The notes beneath the pieces were generated by a model. It did no database searches. It was not told the origin of the DNA and saw nothing but the letters and a program-made list of their open reading frames with translations. A stretch of DNA of 62,601 nucleotides, the filler included, from Trichosphaerium sp. ATCC 40318 (taxonomy: Eukaryota > Protista > Tubulinea), in NCBI GenBank assembly GCA_038496445.1. It is 3 parts of 3 records of this genome, joined end to end, with 100 filler letters (N's around TTAATTAATTAA, not from the genome) between each part and the next. Parts side by side here need not be neighbours in the genome. Positions count along the whole stretch, not along the records: positions 35,633 to 62,601 come from JALMLS010000259.1; 2 more parts are not named here. One strand, given 5' to 3'. Position numbers and translations under genes: made by a program. Each line of letters begins with the position of its first letter. Position 1 is the first letter of the stretch. Below, piece after piece: positions 57,914-62,601 of the stretch.

Positions 57914-60900
57914 CTAGCGAAATTGGTAAGACGTGTTATGTGTTGGATAAGATGATGTTCTTTGTGGTGATCTTCGCGCTGGACTGTTAGTTGTAAAGTT
58001 TGTATTATAGTCATAACTGGCCGTAGGATCATATGGGGGAGAAGATGAAGGGGACCTGTAGTAGAGTTAGTGGTGGCTTAGCGAGGGAAAAATTGAGTTT
58101 TCTAAGGTAAGAAAATAATAAGAAAAAAAATACCTTCGTGGTTTAGTTGCAGTAGATACTACAGAAGGTCTATATCTTTCTTGATTAGAATGTCTTCTGT
58201 CTCTATGTGTCTAAAAAAGATACAAAATAAGTCAAAGGTATTACCGGAATAGAGATATTTGACGTACAGGTGAAGTAGCACTCTTTTGAGGCTTTTTTTT
58301 AGGTTTTACAAAATCGTCAACGTGTGTTGATGCTGGACGACTTGTGTTTGGTTTCCTTGTACGAAAAGGGTCACGTACTACACGCTTAGCATTATTCTTA
58401 AAAGACAGCTTCGATACATCAGTAGCCTTCTCTGGACGACGTTCAGACTTTTTCGTTTCTGGTTTTTTTTCAATCTTAAAGTATTCCTCATCTGCTTTGA
58501 TGTAGTTATGGAACATATCCGCTTTGGATAGAATATTTATACAATCTTCCAACTCTTGCTCAATATTGGTTACAATAACACAACGTGTTTCCATCCTATG
58601 AGTAAGTGGTAAATATAAAAGTTTCCTCTTTTTTTTGCTCTAGGTTTTTTTTACCGTTCTTTGTATGTTCGTGGTGCACTGTACTCTGGTACACCTTGAT
58701 GCTGCATCAACGAAATCTTTGATTGTAATTCTTTAACTCTAGAAACCAAATCATCTTGAGGCTACAAAGAGTTAATAAAGATACAAGTCAAAAGACTTTG
58801 ACAATGACCAAATTATCAAAAAAAAAAACCCAGAAAAAACGTGTTCTCTTACCTTTACCAAATCAGTAAACTTACTGAATACTACAACTGTATCTGCAGC
58901 TGTATCACTTCTAGCAACACCAGATATAAAACTAAATAATTGTTGCGACAATGCCGAATGAACAACAATATTCTCCAAAAATGTTAAAAGAGATTGTATC
59001 ACAACATTAGATGACGCATTGTCTTTTTTGAATTTCTCACATACATCAAGCAAAGATGTAAGAGGATAAGCAATGCTTTGATTAATACCATGATCTCTAC
59101 CATGTCTCTTATTCTTATGGCTAGAAACCCAATTACTAAGTATTTGTTGAGCACCATAAAGTGTCTGGCAAGTTACTGATAGTATGTACAGAGCACCAAC
59201 ACATTTTTGTGCATTAGTAGAATTGTCAAGTACTGTCTTTAGTCCATTGATGATTGCATCGAATGTGCTGGCAGCAGGTAATGCCTCGATGATAGATAAC
59301 CCTTCTTGATGCATTAATGGTCTATTACTAGCCAAGTGTATGCGATAGTCACAGATATTTTGTATTATCTTAAAGCAAAGTCCATTCACAACATCACCAT
59401 AATTTGAAGTTAATACTGTAATAAAAGGGTTGATAGCGCCATCACATATTGAGAATAGGATCTTTCCAGAAGGTTGTAATGATATACGCCATACCAAGAA
59501 TATAATACGAGAAAGTGCTTCCTCAGAAATGTTTGTAGTGTCGCTCATTTTATCACTAGATAACAACTTAAAAACAACTTAAAAACATTTTTCTTTGAAA
59601 ATAAACCATCAAAATTGACGACGTACTCTTCTTTGATTGATTCATCCATCTGATCACTTAAGAGCTTTACAAGCGCTTTGAATAACTAATTCATTTTTAA
59701 TAAAAAAGTATCCGATAGCAGTTAATGAGGACGTACTTTTGCGGCTGGAGTACCACCAAGGTCAACTATTTTACAAAATACAGAGCTTAAACGTTCAAAT
59801 ATAATTTGCGAGTTTGTCAAAGCAAGAGTATCCACAAACTCTCCTAGTTTACCTAGATTATATAGTTAAGATAACAAATAACTACCTTTAATAAACAAAC
59901 CATACCTCTCTTTATAAAATCGCACTGATCAAGCCAAAATTTACGTTTCAAAATTTCTTTATTAGCAATCTCAGCCAATGAACTGTTTTGCATGTCATTG
60001 GTATTAAAAGGTACCGGTAACACCTTAAGTAACTGTTAGTGATATATAACATTGATTTAAACATATAAAGACGTACAGGAGGTAATATATTATCAAGTAA
60101 TACCAAGGTACTATAAAAGTACTTTGGACAAGAATAAGAAAACTCCATAATTCTTGGTAACATTGAGTTCTTTCTTGCTCCTTTCCAACGAGAAAATATA
60201 TTATAAGTCTGTTTGTGTATATTTGTAATCAGATTCGTCTTTCTGCTCCCTAATGAATGTGGTGCACTCAATGGCAAGCAAGTCGTTGTTGAATAAATCT
60301 ACATTTGTATGAGCTCAAAGAGAAGAAACTAAAAACAAAGAAAAAAAATCACGTGATGTGTACCTCCAGAATTACATTGAGCAACGCTGTGTTCGAATAT
60401 GTAGCTAAATCAGGAAGCTGAATAAACATAGAACACAGAAGTTTAAGCGAAGCTAAAACAACACCAAGCTCAATACATTCTTGGTTGATATCCACAAACA
60501 CGTATTTAGAATCCTAAAAATACTATTAGATAATGCGTACAACAACAAAAAGTTACCCATTTTGAGTCTAGTTGAGTGGACATATTCAAAAGGATCTTAG
60601 TTATGTGTTCTGTCGTATCTTGACTGAATAGCATTATACATGTGTCCATATTATGTGCAACAGCTGTAAGTACTCGTAATGATGAAGTGAGCGTAATCAT
60701 TGTATCCAAAGTGTATAGCTGAGAAGACTCAGAAGTATCTAAATAATAATTAAATAACATTCTCTCTAAAGGAACAAAACGTACCTTCTGTTTCAGAGGC
60801 TGTAGAGTCTAATAGGTTGACAACAGCTTCAATCTATATCTCGTTATGTAAATTCTTTTAAACACAATACTTACCCCGTCTTGATTAAGTAAAAGAGCTG

Positions 60901-62601
60901 GGTGAAGCCACTTTACAATCTGTACAAGGCTCGCGTGGAATTCTTTGGACCAATTCTTTTTCTTCTTCTCGCCTCCTTGTGCAATATCTTCAACAATATC
61001 AACAACCATCATATGCATGTCTGCACCCTAGTAACTGTATCAAGATCATTGTATTTTACTAGATATAATCACTTACTTCTGTAACGACTGCGTTCACACT
61101 TGATTCACGTTGAAGGATATAAAGTAGTAGTTGTATAGCATACTGGAATAACTGCGGCTCATCTAGTAATTTAATAAGCACACCAAATACCATGATTACT
61201 TCATACCCATTAATTCTTCATTCGGAGACGAGAGAACTTGTAGAATAGTAGACATGCCTTCACTTTGCAAGAGAGTAGACACTACTGCTGCTGCGCCAAC
61301 ATTTGTAGTACACAAAGTATTCAAGTCACGCAATACACTAATACGTGTAGCTGTAATAATCTTAATCAAAAGGTATCATTATATGTTTGTCACGCACCTG
61401 TGGATGTTGCTTGTACAAGCTTTTCTACTTGACGTAGACCTTCCTATAGATACAATAAACAAAAAATTTCAAAAAGCACGTGGATTTTAAGTACCATATG
61501 ATAAGCCAATTGATACCCAAGGATTCTCCCAGTACAAAGATCAGGGTATTTAATGCAAGATGAGATATCAGGACAACTATACTCTTCTCCTTCTTCAGCA
61601 CTAAACCCTGGTTACAACAAACTCAAAGGAAATAAATAACGTACCCTTCCATTAAAATGCCTTTCATTGTAGTAACCAAATTAGCATGTTTTGCCAAATA
61701 AGCCAAGCCACCGCGTGTCTTCAAAAAGAATAATAGAATAGAGCGAATATGTTGAAATATGTACAAGAATACGCTTGATTGACGGACTACTGGACTTGCC
61801 AAAAGTAACAGAAGTAGAAGCAATAACCGCCTTGCCTGAATCCAAAATAAGCAAAGAATTTGGAGAGATCTAAAACAGTACGAACATCTAATAAGTTCTC
61901 TACACCTTGAGACATGTCTAATTCCTCTTTTACCATATTTGGTTCAATTTCAGCTCTCCATGGCATTTGGTATGATGGGGAGCTTAGAGTAATGCAAAGA
62001 GAGTGCAATTGCTAAGAACAACAAATATTAGATTTTTCGAGTTTCCAAGTTTTAGCTTTGTAGCTTTGGTGATAAATAGAACGTACCCTAAGAGAAACAA
62101 CAATTGGTTCTACAAGTTCTGCACTAAATATAAAGTTAGCAAAGAGATTTCAACTAACCACAGTGTTTATACAACGTACGTTGAGTCACCCCAATCTGAC
62201 GAACCAATGATAACTTCAACTTGAAGATCAAACTTTGTTAAACAATCATAAAGATGAGCAATTTTTGTTATCTCTTCCAAAACGCTTATGACACGAGGTG
62301 ATTGAGGTTGTGTTAATAGTTTAACGCAAACTTGATACCCATGTTCAGTTTCTGCCTCATCATACATGCTAATACTTGAAGACAAAACAGCTGAGTTTAA
62401 GAACTTGTCAGCTGCCACTGAATGCGTCAAACAGCTTCTCAGAGCTGTCAGCACTTGCAATTTTAGTTGCGATGTCATCTCTAGGCTATCAGCAGAAAGA
62501 TGCGGATAAAAAGATTCTAAACCATCACGTTTTACAAAAGCATCAACAAATCCAAGTCCAGCTCTTGCCATAGCACCCACAAGAGTTAACTCGCTTCAAA
62601 A
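57914..62601 (-). CDS. VIRMA: Virilizer (m6A writer-complex scaffold) homologue, 5' end outside the window
   Basis: RDPFRTRKPNTSRPASTHVDDF matches the conserved virilizer C-terminal motif; long helical multi-exon body and R/S-rich tail. Confidence 0.82.

Overview
AT-rich, intron-dense eukaryotic (protist-like) genomic DNA. Introns are mostly 40-80 nt and TAA, TAG and TGA all act as stops. The window is three contigs joined by artificial N44-TTAATTAATTAA-N44 linkers (17962-18061, 35533-35632). Contig 1: a 7.2-kb fold-back palindrome over the 5' part of tubulin cofactor D (TBCD) and a divergent mitochondrial-type gene, then NCA2/DGS1, a DWY/YPxxxW repeat protein and a C2-ARM-U-box gene. Contig 2: a membrane metzincin, then an accessory island, a ricin-GH3 glycosidase, an ABP34/'TolA-like' EF-hand protein and two tandem orphan paralogues. 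The island holds a Kolobok-like TTAA element, an intronless DMP19/DUF4375-like ORF and nested DNA transposons. Contig 3: a 20.2-kb palindrome with slightly diverged arms (F-box-LRR, Atg22-like MFS, EXD1-like exonuclease, DUF1648-like protein, RhoGAP), another F-box-LRR and virilizer. Best novelty candidate: a compact 1474-bp piggyBac-family element (23201-24674) with CC-starting TIRs whose target-site duplication is CCGG rather than TTAA. The empty site can be reconstructed inside the window because the element split one TIR of an older element. Also notable: a probable GA-AG intron, several GC-AG introns, and LRR-unit swapping between palindrome arms. All gene models are manual and family calls come from motif recognition, not database searches.
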